In this document: positions 24,501 through 37,224 of the stretch, one piece after another
Numbering within the stretch: position 1 is the first letter of the stretch
Layout of the letters: every line of letters begins with the position of its first letter
Assembly (NCBI GenBank): GCA_017654855.1
Contig: CM030338.1
Span: 3,968,001-4,032,000, forward strand
Origin: Podospora anserina
Lineage: Eukaryota
Direction of reading: 5' to 3'
DNA length: 64,000 nt
Program-made: the position numbers and the translations under genes
Notes under the pieces: model-generated
The model's database searches: none
Told to the model about the DNA's origin: nothing
Seen by the model: only the letters and a program-made list of their open reading frames with translations

Positions 24501-26383
24501 ACGTACATTATAAGCGAGTGAGCCATATAAGCAAGTGAGCCACTTTTTACTACCCTACTATAATTACCCTTAATTGTAACACACTAACATTAGGAACTAA
24601 CTACAATTACATTAGAAACAGCTGAATCAGATGATTCTGCAGCCTCTTGGCAAGTGCGTGTATTATGGCTAGGCTAACCGCACACACCATAGCACCGAAC
24701 CTTCGTACGAGCCCCCCCTACATTACTACTATCTAGCTACATTTCTTACACTCCTTCCCCATCCACGGCCTTCTAATCTAGTAATTCCTATACCTTTTAT
24801 ACAGTAAATAACTCTCCAAGTTCCACGCGTATTTTTTTTTAGCTCTCCAGCATTTACTTAGTGCCTCATTAGCCTTACTAAACGAAGAGACCTCTGCCTG
24901 TAAGAAAGCTACTTAGTGCATTACAGCCGTTATACTTTTAGTAAGCTAGTCCATTATAATTAATATTAAAGTCGGGGAATTATTTTAATAATTAATAATA
25001 CGAATCTTAATAAGTGTTAATTATAAGTTAATTTCTCGGGGGTTTTATAGTATATAAAATACCTAAGGTTATAGAGTGCCGGGCCGTAAATTCGGGGGTA
25101 TTAACGTATAAAGCTTTATATTTAATTTAAAAAAAATATTTTTTTTAGATCGTATAGCGTAAAGCTAGTACTGATAAAGTTACCCCGTATATCCTTCTCT
25201 ATTATAGAGGCAAAAAAGGCTTTCTGGAAAGTATAGAGAAATTCGAGCTTATTAATATAATTAATATATATACGTATTAAGTTTTTGATTTAGTAACCGT
25301 ATACCTACTTTAGTAGCCTAAAGTAGCCGATATTAAGTGGCTAAAGGTAGTAGGAAGAATATAGAGGTATATAAAGTATAATAATATTATTTTACTAATA
25401 ATAACGTTCGAATTTAATTAAGTAATAACTCTCGTAGCCGTCGAGGATTAATAATTAGTATTTGCCTTTTATGCGGGACGCTATATAATAGTCGAAGTAT
25501 TTAATTTAATTTAAACTTATTATATTAATAGTTTAACTATTATCGGTAATTACGATACGTTAGGTAAATAATAAGTTATACTCGGTATATTAATTAGTAA
25601 AGTAGTATTATATAATTAAAATAATAAAAGGAGAGATAGCTTAGCCGAAGGTATTAACTCCCTAGATTATTATTACTTATTCGCGGTTATTAAGCTAAGC
25701 TAGTTTTACTTTACTAAAGCTATTTAAAATCGTAACTATTATACTTACGAAAATAATATTTATTATAAACCTAATTTCGTCGAAATTATAAATATCGTTA
25801 TTTATAATACCGTACTTAACTTTAATATTCCGTATAAACGTAAACTACTTAGCTATAACCTTTAGATCCTCGCATTTAGCCTTTTAGTAATTATATTTAT
25901 GCGTAAAGTACGTACGGAGCTATGGCTAACGTTTAACGAAGTTATGTGCTTAGAGCTTACTAATAGGGGGCGCGTCGCGTACGCGTAGTAGTTAGTTAGC
26001 TATATTTTCTACACTACGTAATTTTAGTGGAAAAGCTCGCGTATATAGCTTAATAATATATTAAATAATAGCATCCTCTTCTGATTAAGTAAGCTTATTC
26101 GAATTAGGCGTAGTATCGCGCCGTATAAGCTTGCTAGCGCGTCGCTGCAAAAGAGTTATACGATTAATATTGTAGATCTTAGTAGCGGCCCGTACACTTA
26201 GATTTTCGTCATTTTGAAAAGCTTCAAAGGCTAAGTTTACCCTAGCTTCGTATAAAGTGGCAGATATAGTTGGTTATTGTCGAGTGGTATGTTGTAGGTA
26301 GAGGGTCGCGTCGCGTCAAAAAAGTAGCTCACTCGCTTATATAGCTCACTCGCTTATATAGCTCACTCGCTTATAATGTACGT
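24501..26383 (-). mobile_element. Full-length Fot1/Pogo-like (Tc1-mariner) transposon, RIP-inactivated
   Basis: 1883 bp, TA TSD, TIR ACGTACATTATAAGCGAGTGAGC with 17-bp subrepeats (2 left, 3 right). Minus-strand transposase relic: LSVRAATKIYN HTH start near 26290 (ATG mutated to ATA) and C-terminal GVCG*PSHNTRTC zinc knuckle; many TAA/TAG stops. Confidence 0.92.
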
Positions 26384-26484
26384 TAAGCTCTTTATTTCCG
26401 AAGATATTTATTAAAAAAATAATAAATCTGTAATTATATTAAAAAACTATAAAAGTTTACCGAAGGTTACGCCCTATATAGGCC

Positions 26485-26738
26485 TGTAAGCCCTATATTT
26501 ACATGTAATTACAGTGCTCGCAACAGCGAAAGACTTAATACCTAGTACCTAAGTCTATATATACGAAGGAACTAGCTAGGTTGTAGATAGTTCCGCAGTA
26601 TGCAATACAAGTCACAATCGTTGGTATCTTGACTATTGTGATTGAGACAAGCTATTGTTGTATACTGTTTAGCTGTACCGAACCAGGATTGTTCAGAAGT
26701 GCTTCCTTTTCAGAGGTTCTAGATAGAGGTTCGTCACA
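26485..26738 (+). mobile_element. LTR family 1, diverged copy B (left boundary uncertain)
   Basis: GTCTATATATACG...GAGGTTCGTCACA aligns with the conserved half of copies A, C and D; no TSD found. Confidence 0.7.
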
Positions 26739-26781
26739 GAGGACCTCACAGGGCCTCGCACACCACAACGGGTAACGCAAC

Positions 26782-27144
26782 TAGTGAAATGGTAAGAAAA
26801 CACACAAAACAACTATAACACCACAAATATACCGTCAACAGGTCCCTGAATGAACACACCTGCGTGACAGTGACTCGCTCGCAGGCCGCACTTCACGCAG
26901 GACAAAGAAAAGACACTATGGGCTCGCAGGCCACATAATAAGCACCAGATTGACCTGATCAGAGGGTCAGAATTGCCTGCACGCGTGCAAGGCACAAAAT
27001 ATGAAGAAATAAAGGTCGATGTCTTGTCTAAAATAGAATGTGAGAAGCAGACAGCTTATATACATGACCCCTGTACCCCCCGAATCCTCCGAGAGCCCCA
27101 CTTCCTCACTCATACCCTCAGGCCTGTGGCAGCACCCCAAACCA
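26782..27144 (-). mobile_element. LTR family 2, copy 1
   Basis: About 363 bp repeated at 38229-38594, differing mostly by transitions; T(G/A)GT...ACCA termini, TATATAA on the minus strand; flanks do not form a TSD. Confidence 0.75.
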
Positions 27145-27575
27145 TTAGCTTAGGCTAATAAATAGAGGGCTCGGCTCAGCTCAGTTCACCATTAATTAAG
27201 CTTAGCTAAATTTAGCTCGCCCTATTATCTACAATGCATCTAGGTACCTAGCGACACTTACAATCGGATGGAACCGCAACACCACCTTGTTCTTTGTAAA
27301 ATGTACGGTGGTTTGAGTGAAACTTATATAGGTAGATATGTGAGAAAAGTCAGTAACTTGACCGGTCAAACTCGTGGATACCTATTTGCCTCTTCAAATC
27401 AACACGAAGCTTCCCGTCACTGACAACCTCTTAGCATTCACTTTCAGACTATGTGCCCCTTCTGTACATGTATTGACGTTCAATGAAGCTGAGCTACTGT
27501 ATCTTGATTTCGTATCATGATTCTACACTGTTTTAGAGGGCGGAATGCGATGGTGTCCACACAGATAAGAACTCA

Positions 27576-28019
27576 TGTCACAGTTAACCCAACAGCAGGC
27601 CGCGCCACATGTGGGGCGCAGGACGTCCCCAGCCAATCATTAGGGAAGTCAGGAAACAGCCAATCAGGGTTGGACGAAAGTGCTATGGCGCCAAGACTCA
27701 CGAGCACTCTGCAGGATGCAAGATGCTAGGGATGATCGGAGGCATAGCACGACGAGCACATCGCAGGATGCAATGTGCTAAGGGTGATCGGGGCCGTAGC
27801 AGGGCGAGCACCTTAAGGTCCCGAGGTCTATATATACGGAGGAACTGGCTGGTGTAGATAGACAGTTCCGCAGTATGCAATCACAGCTTGTATTCACGGT
27901 ATCTTGTGTTTACATTGAGACATCTTGTTGTGCGCTGTTTAGCCGCATCGAACCAGGATTATTCAGAAGTGCCTTCGACCAGTATCCCTTTCAGAGGTTC
28001 TGGATAGGGGTTCGTCACA
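27576..28019 (+). mobile_element. Solo LTR, family 1 (crapaud-like), copy C
   Basis: TGTCACA...CGTCACA termini, exact 5-bp TSD ACTCA, TATATATA followed by a half nearly identical to the reverse complement of copy A. Confidence 0.9.
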
Positions 28020-28320
28020 ACTCATAGCTCTACAACGAGAACAATGACGCGACATTTATCCTACATAAGCTGCCCGTGAGAGCTATAATCTAGGTACCTA
28101 AATAGACTTTTCTTGAGGACCTTGATGACCAGAAAAAGCGCCGTAACAGGAAGACATTGAAAATCTAGATGAAGTGAAAATCGCTCAAAATACCAGTCGC
28201 CCCACTAAAAATAGAAAAAATAGGAAACAAGCGCAGAGAAGGATATTGAAAATCAATCAACCGTCGAGGGTCGACTCTTTTCTTCCAGCCGTCTGGCCAT
28301 GAGACGCGAACAGAAAAGTT

Positions 28321-29829
28321 TCACTCGCCCTGCTTCGAGGAGTCTGACAAGACCTCAGGTTCTTCCTCCGAGGAGGCAGAAGACCGTTGATCATCTTCTC
28401 CCCACGAATCGTGCTCCAAGGTTGACTGAGATGCCGGGCTGTTCGTGCCTGAGCTAGCCCATGCTTGGTCTACCAATCCATAGAAACCAAGACCTCCATA
28501 TACATGACCCGAACACGGCTCGCCAAGAACATCCCGGAACGAATCTAAATCGGTGTTATCGAGAGAGGGGTAGATGTTTGGACGTGGGAGCTCTTCTTGG
28601 CCCTGGATCGCGCTATTCTGTAAGGCAAATCTGTGCATATCCTTGCGAAGGGTGGCAAGAGTGGTGGTTCCAAGGCCTGAAACTGAGTCTACCCCAAGAA
28701 GGTGATGGTATAGAGCCCCCAGACCAGCTGCCCACATCTTGATAATATGCTCATCCCCCGTTTCACGATGCAGATGAGGATTTGCAGTCTTGATCTGAAC
28801 AATGCGGGTTGTCTGGGAAGCATTGGGCAGATTCGCGGATGGGATCTTGTTTCTCAGGAGCGGCTCAATGTACTGAAACGGCTCGATGGCATACCCGTTT
28901 GCCATCCTCATCTTCAGCGCCATCTCCATGGTCATGGCGTGCTCCCCAGCGTTACCCGTCGTGATGAACTCGTCTTGCTGTCCCGCTTTCGCAAACAGCC
29001 TGTTTAGAAACGAGTTGATGATGCGAGAACTTCGTCCTTGTTGGACGAACTCGATCCGACCAGTGCTCGCGCTGTATTTGGGTTTGCTAGCCCATGAGAT
29101 GCGGACCATAACATCTTCGCGATCTGTACCACTTTTGGCTGCAGAGCGTTGTGCTAAAGCAAACCCACCAGCGTACGCCTTGCAGTATTCTACCACGGAG
29201 CCCGGAATGCGATTATCGGCGTCGATGAAGCCGATGTATTGGTGGTGTGGGAAATAGGACTTGGCCATGGCAATGCCCAAATACATCCCCTCCCCTTTCC
29301 CGTTTCGTATTCTCCCGGAAGCTGTATCTAGGATCTCGGGGACTCCTGCTTCCTTAAACGCCATTGCGGCGCCGGGATATTGCTGGTGTACAAAACACCC
29401 CTCCCTACCCCAAGCACAGAATCCTGCCAGCATTCTTTCTTGAGCCTCCCAACCGTTCTCTCCGTGCTGGTGAGAACAGTTCGACACCAAGATCACCGCG
29501 CAGCGGCTCGGGATGCCTGCGATCACCCCCCTGATGACGTCGACCGGCTCATCTTTGCAAGGCACGACAATGACCAATTTTTCGAGGATCCGGTCTAGCT
29601 CGTCTGGAAATACGGCCACGGTACTTTCCGCATCGTGATCAGGATCCTGGTTGTGTTGGGGCCGCCTTTGTGACTGATGCCCCGTCCTACCCAAACCGGA
29701 CAGTTCCGATGCGCCATAGAGGCGGTTGTCCCTGTTGGTTGGTCGCGGCTCCAGTTCGACCACCTCCATCTGGGGCATAATGCACAGCGGGCCGAACGGC
29801 CGACTCCCGAGTGGTAGGGTGTAGCGCAT
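28321..29829 (-). CDS. mpgS: Mannosyl-3-phosphoglycerate synthase (GT55, Osmo_MPGsynth family)
   Basis: Intronless 502-aa ORF with family motifs IVVPCKDE, ILVSN, VHQ, IRNGKGEGM, YIGFIDADN..PGSV.EY, MVRISWASKPK, GRSS, TGNAGEHAMT, GYAIEP, QIKTANPHLH...DEHI. Confidence 0.9.
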   Translation of the reverse strand: MRYTLPLGSRPFGPLCIMPQMEVVELEPRPTNRDNRLYGASELSGLGRTGHQSQRRPQHNQDPDHDAESTVAVFPDELDRILEKLVIVVPCKDEPVDVIRGVIAGIPSRCAVILVSNCSHQHGENGWEAQERMLAGFCAWGREGCFVHQQYPGAAMAFKEAGVPEILDTASGRIRNGKGEGMYLGIAMAKSYFPHHQYIGFIDADNRIPGSVVEYCKAYAGGFALAQRSAAKSGTDREDVMVRISWASKPKYSASTGRIEFVQQGRSSRIINSFLNRLFAKAGQQDEFITTGNAGEHAMTMEMALKMRMANGYAIEPFQYIEPLLRNKIPSANLPNASQTTRIVQIKTANPHLHRETGDEHIIKMWAAGLGALYHHLLGVDSVSGLGTTTLATLRKDMHRFALQNSAIQGQEELPRPNIYPSLDNTDLDSFRDVLGEPCSGHVYGGLGFYGLVDQAWASSGTNSPASQSTLEHDSWGEDDQRSSASSEEEPEVLSDSSKQGE

Positions 29830-32800
29830 TGTGGGTTGATGTCATTGATGTGTGGCTCGAACGTTTGTCATCGATCGTGAATCGAAGTTGTATTTCCAGA
29901 AACGAAGAAGTGTTGTCCGGGGCCGAGAAGATATACCGCTGGATAGGTAGTTTAAGAAGAAAAACAGATGGTCTGGCTGGAGGTCAGTCAGTCTTTAAAG
30001 AAAAAGATTGTCCAGGCTGGTGAAAGGGCTGTCTTGAATGGTACACCGGCCGGTAACACATACGTCGGTTGAGCAGTGCTTCCGCAACAAGGTCCGAGGG
30101 GTGACGCAATTTGATACCGCTTCCGAGCACATTGTCGAAGATATATATACACACCACCCAGGAAAGCGTCGGCTTGCGAATGAAGCAATTCCAAAAGCTC
30201 ACCGAACCTGGTTTGTGCACATGGGCCAACGAAAAGATCACGAGTAGTTTCTCACGGGTCTGCGAGCACGCGGCGCAACAATGAGCGGGCCTGGAAAAGT
30301 TCAGAAGAAACACTCGGCTGGGTTGATTAGCAGGGGAATCGTGTGGTCATTGTGGGTTGGTTGTACAGAACCACCAGACAACCACTATGGAGCTACGGAC
30401 AGCGAAACCGACTCCAAGTGCGTGCAGGATTGCGGGGTGCATAATGGACCCAAGCTAGTTTCACACGGACATCTTGGTCATCATCATGGTCGCACACACG
30501 CGGTAAGATGGAGGGGGAGGGGTCCATGAGGCTATGTATATTTTGGACCCGAGGGCTTGGTTCATCAGACCGATCCCGGCCCATAAAATAAATACTTGCC
30601 CCTGAAGAAGCAGAGCCTCTCTTGTGATTGGCATTAGCTCTGCTGGGCTTGCGTTTCTAGTTAGCTTGCTTACTCCGACGCCCCGGAAAAAGGACAGCTA
30701 ACGAATACGACAGGCATGTACACCAACAGCCACGGCCGTCACATCTGCCAGTGTCTCACAAACTCCTCCCTATCACTAGCAGAACATCACGACGTCGAAA
30801 GTCGGATAATTCCTATCTGGGACGTGTTGAGTTAAGGTGGCCACTAACGCCATGTTACCTAGTCAGGGGTCGATAGTAAGCTGCTGAGACGCTGTTGGCA
30901 CATAGTCTCGCTCCCATCTGATCCACCTTCCTGCTTGGACATGCTATTCCCGGTTTCTTCTGAAAAAATATCAAGAAAAAGCAGTGGCTAATTTCCTAAC
31001 CCTTGGGGCAATGAATGACGTGCTACACAGGCCCGCCTGGCAACTAGCACACGAGCTCAGCTGCCCTGGACTTCCTTAGCTTGCGTTTGGCGCCACTTTT
31101 CTTTGCAACAGATGAGACATCTAGAAGTGAGTGGCACCTCCAGCTATCAAGGTACCTGTATACCTGACCCATGGTCTGTCAGGTGCATGTTGCAAGCTGA
31201 CTAGTATTGAAGCTTGGATAGTTACACTAGATAGCCTGGAGTACCGAAAGTAGGTCATCTTGGCGAAGCCCTTGCTGAGTCTCGCCTGTCACACAACATA
31301 GAAAAAATATAGGCGTGCTCGGTACATGCCTACCTATGATCTGATTCCAAGCAGGAAGTGACTATGTGCGTCTGATTGCATATAACAGTGTCACTAGACC
31401 TTGAATTGCCGTGACTGAATGTGCGAAGCGACATGGTCAGGAGACCCCCAACGGTTCGCACTGGCCGTCTGGGATCCTCTTGTTTTGTTTATGGTCGATG
31501 GGTGGAGATTGAAAAGGCCCGCCTATCGCGCTCCCAAGACTCAGGCTGGGACACAGACGCACACTTGCAGTTCTACAAAGACAGCCCGGGCAATTATCGT
31601 GGTATAAGTGTAGGTGGCTGGCACTAGTTCCAGAAGGATGTGCAAGTTCTGACGTATTGGCGCGCATGTATTTCCAACCGGGCCGCGCGCAGCTAGCCGT
31701 TCAACCGACAACAATGTTAGTTGGTTTCTGTTCCCGGCCGATCGTTCGAAGATGTATCTTGAAGACACATCACGGCAACCCTCCATAGGTATACATGGTC
31801 ATCTAGATCCCCAGGCCTTTCGAGCGTAACCTCATCACCTGAGCTTTGATCACTAAACAGGAACTAGAGTTAGCTAGTTATAACATAGCTGCCCATTATG
31901 CTTGCTTACAATCGTATCTTGGCCGTAACAACAGGAGAGAAGGCAAGAGGCCATATCTTTCTGATGTCGTTACAAGTCAACAGCCAACGAGATGGCGTCT
32001 TTTCACGTGCACTGGCTGGTATGCCGGTTGGGCACATAATCACTATCAGCCCCCGAAAGACCCGAAAAGCAGCGCTGTTCGGGCAAGCTCCAGGCTCCAA
32101 TATTGGTCGGCAGCAGCAGCGCCCCAAATCTGCATTTACCGTCGGCATTTCTTGGCCATCCCCTCGTTATCTCACATAGCGCGGTAGTTCTCGTCACATT
32201 TGTTGCCCGAGCTGCCGGAACCGCAAGCGGGTCTTTCCACCCACACGAACTGCAGTGAGCAGTCCTTATCACACCCGACTCTCCACACCCCCGCAAGACG
32301 TACCGGACTCTACTACGTACGGTAGGTGATTTTGGGCTTTGCGAGAGCGAAGAGAGCCGACGTGCTGCGCTACCCACCTAACCCAGAAGGTCTTTTCATG
32401 GCGGGAAGCTCAGTTAGGAAAACCCGTGTGCTGACATCTCCCGAATTCGTCAGACCATTTCGTCACAACTAGAGAAATGACAGCGAGGGACATGGCTGCC
32501 GAGTCCGAGATCTGCGATGGCTGAGGTGAGGCAAACACGATGCCTGGATAAGGTACCTTACTGTTGGTGATACACGAAAACAATCCCGCATTTGAGCCTT
32601 CAAGACCTTTCGAGAAAGTTTAGCAAGCCTTGTTTCTCGACCCTACACCCCTGAATCTGAAGACTTTCTGCGCAGACTGCAGCCCATCACATTGTACACA
32701 CACAGTGGCACATAGGTGCACACGTGTCGTTGGATCGAATCGGCACATGCACGCACATACGCACTGACAGTCTTCGCTACCAACCCACATGGAGGTCTGG

Positions 32801-35800
32801 TGTCTCAGTCTGTTCTTGGCTGGGACATTTCCTGAGGAATTGCGAGCTGGGAATGACGCCACCAAATGCCCCGTTTGTTTCCGCGCCAAGACATTGGCAA
32901 GACATTCATTCCCTTGGTGTCTTGAAGGAACAAAATGTGCCGATATCATTCATCCCGATCAGCATCGGCAACCACTAGTCTTGTACGAAAGAAATCGGGT
33001 TCAGAAAGATGATTCGACAATATCTTCCACACGTCCGGACGTATGGCATATTCCTGCGCCCGGTTGTGAGCAAGCCTTCAACAACTTGCTCACCGACTTG
33101 ACCGGTGGCCAGTCACCGTCGCACAGGTCACGACATCACAGAGCCAAAGAGTGTCCTTGAATGGTCGACTAATACAAACCAAGGCGTCTGTTCTTGAGCG
33201 GTGTATTATATCGTTCCCGAGATATTGACTCCCTGGAGACGTAGCGTAGTAGAATGTTGTTGGGGGTCATTGACTCGAGTCTGATATCGGCATGGAATAC
33301 CTAGTACCAAGCAGTAAAATCCAATGGTGGCTTCCGGCCTCGCTATCTATTTCCTGACCTTGAAATTCTCTACTAGGCAACTAGGTACCTTATCATGCAC
33401 ATGATTGTGTGGTCAGGTTGGAGCCCAGGGAAATGCATATCGAAGCGAGAGATTGGACCTTCACAGTAACAGATAGATTGATTTCAAAGTATAGAAGTAC
33501 CTACTGTACCTAATCTTCGATATGAATCGGGCCTTAAAACGTATGCTAAACTCTGAAGCTCTTACAGGTCTGAAAGAGGTCTGGAAAAGGTCTGTAACAG
33601 CCTGGCTCACTGTCAACTGCCCGCTTGAAGGTGACTGTACGCCAAAGATAAGGACCTCGAACTAGCGAGAAAATAATTAAGCGTTCCTATGCTGAGTGGC
33701 CCACCCTCCTTCTTAATAAGAACCAAGTGAACAGGAGATCGGAGTGCTGGGATTATGCTAAGGATTTGATGTCCAGGGCCGAGTAGTGGTAACACTCATG
33801 ACAAGCTATTCTGGCACCATCGTGGCCGAATGTGGTACATCTTTTAAGTTGCTGATTCAGAACAAAGTCTCTCCGCTATTCAATATAACGTAAAGTACTA
33901 TGTACAAACAAATATGGAGTAGGTAGGTATCTTTATCATACTTGATGTTGCTCTGCATTTCTTCTCGTCTGTGCGCACCAGGACACTACCGGCCCTTGAG
34001 GTCTTCAAAGTAAAGCCAATGACACCCTCGCAGCCAGCCCTACTTTGAATCCCTTTCAGGGCGTCCGGTATTCTTCAGTGTAATTGCAGTGCTGTCTTCC
34101 TTTCTTACCTACCTTTCTTTGCTCAGACAAGCTCGCCCAAGATCTCACATGGTCTTGACAGGTACCGCCAGCATTAATTCAGCAACACCACATCGCAAAG
34201 AGTGTAAATAAACCATCCATCATGTTGCTTCATCACTCTTTCCTAAGGTTATTTCGCGGCTGCCTAGAAATTCCCCAACCACCCTCATCAGCAGAAAGCT
34301 CTTCAACGCCCCTGATAACCGAGCGGCCCCAACCACACCCTCAATCCAGGACTCAATGTAGCCAAGTGGCTGGCTATCACCGCAACTCAACCAAGAGTCC
34401 AAACGAGCTCTTATCCGGCCCTCCATGGATGACCTCGGCGCTATTGATGGTGTCAAAATCCTTTCCCGAAGTCGGAACACAGCGTCACAGATCCGCTACC
34501 CTTCCGTCGGTTTCCGACAACATCTTGTCGGAAAGGGTGCAGTGCCTTAGTCAGAGTTATGCGGTCTTGTGTGTTATCAGATGTGATACTGGCTGCATAC
34601 CCGTCATCCTTTCTTGTTGGTTCTGATGCCATTTCACTCTGATCCACCATCGGGAGTGTGACCCTCTACCTGTGTTCCCTGCAGCGGCCAACAGAAACAG
34701 TCGGGATAGTGCAGCCGAAAATCTTGAGCTTTTCGTAGAAAAGGTTGTTATCAATAAGGAAAGTTCTAAATATGCAGGGGCTTTCTGACAGGTACATATC
34801 TTGATTGACACATGCAACGGTGTGCAACATGACCTTGACTGGCAAAATGAATCCCTCCAAGGTACCCGAAGAAATCCCTGGAAGCTACCGAGTACATCGA
34901 GTGACCGATAAACTCGCACACCACTCGAGTACGCATGTATTGCAGGTAAGGAGACACAAAAGCACGGCATTGAGAAAGGCTCGCGGGCAAGGGAAGCTCT
35001 CAACAACACTACAAAAGCCACGGGTCGCGGCGTTGTGTTTATGAGTCATCACCAGCAGGATCAGAAACCAGCGACTGAAACACGAAGCAGGTAAAAGTCC
35101 TATGAGATAGAGACTCGGCTTGTCGATTATGTATACAGACCTCAAGGTACTTGAATGGCTCTGATTATCTTTTACCATTCGAAGTACCTTTTGAGAGCTA
35201 CATAAGGTACCGTCTCTTCTTTTCACCAATTGTCGGGGAGGTACATATAGCCACCCTGAGGAAGCCCTGATTAGAAGAAGGAATCTGAAGTTGAAGAAGC
35301 AAAAATACAAAATTATACAGACACAGCACCTCCATCCAAAGGACTGAGCGTAGATAAAATAACCCGACACCGCATTCACCTGGGTATTTTTCTCATTAAT
35401 TCGCAGAAAATACCCGATTCAGGCCATACAGTCTTCACACCTTGAGCCTTCCAGTTAAGGTGGTGCTCGAGCCTCACACTGAAGGGACCAACAAGTTCTG
35501 GTTCTCCTAAAATAGGAGGGCATTGACATGATTCTGAACCGATGCGCTACTGGAATGGGAATACCAAGACTAGCGTTAACACCGAACTGTTACTCCCGAG
35601 GTGTTCAAGCTCCCAAGTCACAGCACACCAGCGTGTTTCTATTTTGGGATATCGTAAGTGTAATCTGGGTGCTCCAGGCGCGAGACTTTCGAAACTCAAC
35701 TTGATATAAAAGCAGAAGCTGAATGTTGTTCGATACCGTACCTAGGGAGTGTTGAACCTGAACCATCAGCAAGGCTGGGGAATGGCGCATCGGAAGATGT

Positions 35801-36681
35801 TGCTTCCGGCGTTAAGAACTGTCAAGAGAATCTGCATCACAAACCATCAGTGGGGTGTTGACCGCCATACTTTAGTGACACATCACCTGCCCAAATAGCG
35901 ATGCCGCTAGAACAGTTCAGGCGCGAAATAGAAAAAAGCTCTCAGGAAAAGGGGTAATGCCCAGAAGTTGAGAAACGGCGCACTGTCCAAGCGACACGTC
36001 GAGGAACACCCGGGCCACGCCCGGCCGGAGCGGCACAGCACACGACCGCCGATGCCATCGGTCATTTCGGCAGCGCCGTAGCGGGCGCGCCCACTCACCA
36101 GCGACATGTTTCCACGCGAACCTATGCATGATGCACAGTCCTTTCGCTTCCCTCACACTGCATCCACCCTGTAACAAATCCTCACAAAAACCGGAAGCAA
36201 TTTCGCCGGTTTTTTTTGTTCCCTATCCCTATTTGACACAAAAAGTTACCCGCCAGTTTGGTTCACCACATTTTAACCCAGAACATCATGTTTCAAAAAC
36301 CCCCTCCTCCCTTGCTAGCCCAAGAGATCAGCAGGAACAGTACCATACTCGCAAGCTTTGCAGATTTAGGTTTAGCTCCCTCACTCTCCCAAAGTCTTGG
36401 TGACCTTTTGTCTTCTCCGAGCCGTCAGACATGCAGTAAAAACAGAAAACAAAACCCCCCCAAAAAGGCGGCGTGGGGGTGGGTGTTTGTGGCTGACCAA
36501 CAGGGACGATTCCGTTTCGCTTGGTCCCTTGAGGCAGAACAACACCAACAAACATGCCATGCCAGTTGGGAGATGTACACTAAGACAGTTCTAGAAGTAA
36601 GCGGTGAGAGCGTGATAGGTAATACCTAACAATACACCTCTGCAGCCTTAATACAAGTCAGCGTGTGACTTACTAACCTAA

Positions 36682-37140
36682 TAGGGTATAAAACACAGAC
36701 ATTTTTCACAAGTACAGGTACTTCCAAATAGGCTATTTTCCTATACAAATCAAAGTACCTATGCTAATAGGGAATGAGTCTACCTTCGGCTTCAATCATC
36801 TGTTAAAGCTTTTGGGGCATACTGTGGGCAAGCTCACGAAGCTATCCATAGGGTACTGCTTCTCAGGCTGCTTTAATTACCTTGCGCAGGGCCCTGGGAG
36901 TAAGGCTTTAGATATTATATTTAACTTCGATCTAATTTTTCATCCAAAACCACACATTTTTAATAGGGTTCAAATCAAGTAATTTTGCCAGCTAATTTAG
37001 AGCTTTAATTCCAAAGCTAGCGATATAAGCCCGGGTTATATATAACGAGTAAGGCGAGGCATTATTGTATTAGAAAACTACAGAAGTACCTTAAGCGTCT
37101 TTTCTTATAATAAACCCTTAAATAATATTAAAATACAGCT
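36682..37140 (-). mobile_element. Tc1-like (DD34E) transposon 3' fragment, RIP-mutated
   Basis: Reversing RIP-type changes gives F(QHD)NASP(H)...(WP)AK(SP)DLNPI(E)NVW...AA(W)EAV...LAHSMPQKL(Q)QMIEAEG..IPY*, with 34 residues between the inferred D and E; stop at 36764-36766. Confidence 0.82.
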
Positions 37141-37224
37141 TTTATTTGTGGATTTTACAGTGTATCTGAGCCCTATATATTATAGGGCCTCAGAAGCAAT
37201 ATAATGGCTTGGATCAGCAGTGCT

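Larger units (their letters stand above)
23785..27236. mobile_element. hAT-like DNA transposon relic hosting nested insertions
   Basis: Exact 8-bp TSD CATCTAGG at 23777-23784 and 27237-27244; imperfect TIRs CAGTGTAGTCAAT / ATTATCTACAATG; GAGCT/GGCTC-type subterminal repeats at both ends; RIP-like AT-rich interior. Confidence 0.8.

Noticed and set aside
26320..26375. Three 17-bp direct repeats as a CRISPR-like array
   Set aside because: No spacers; they are the subterminal repeats of the Fot1-like TIR in a eukaryotic genome
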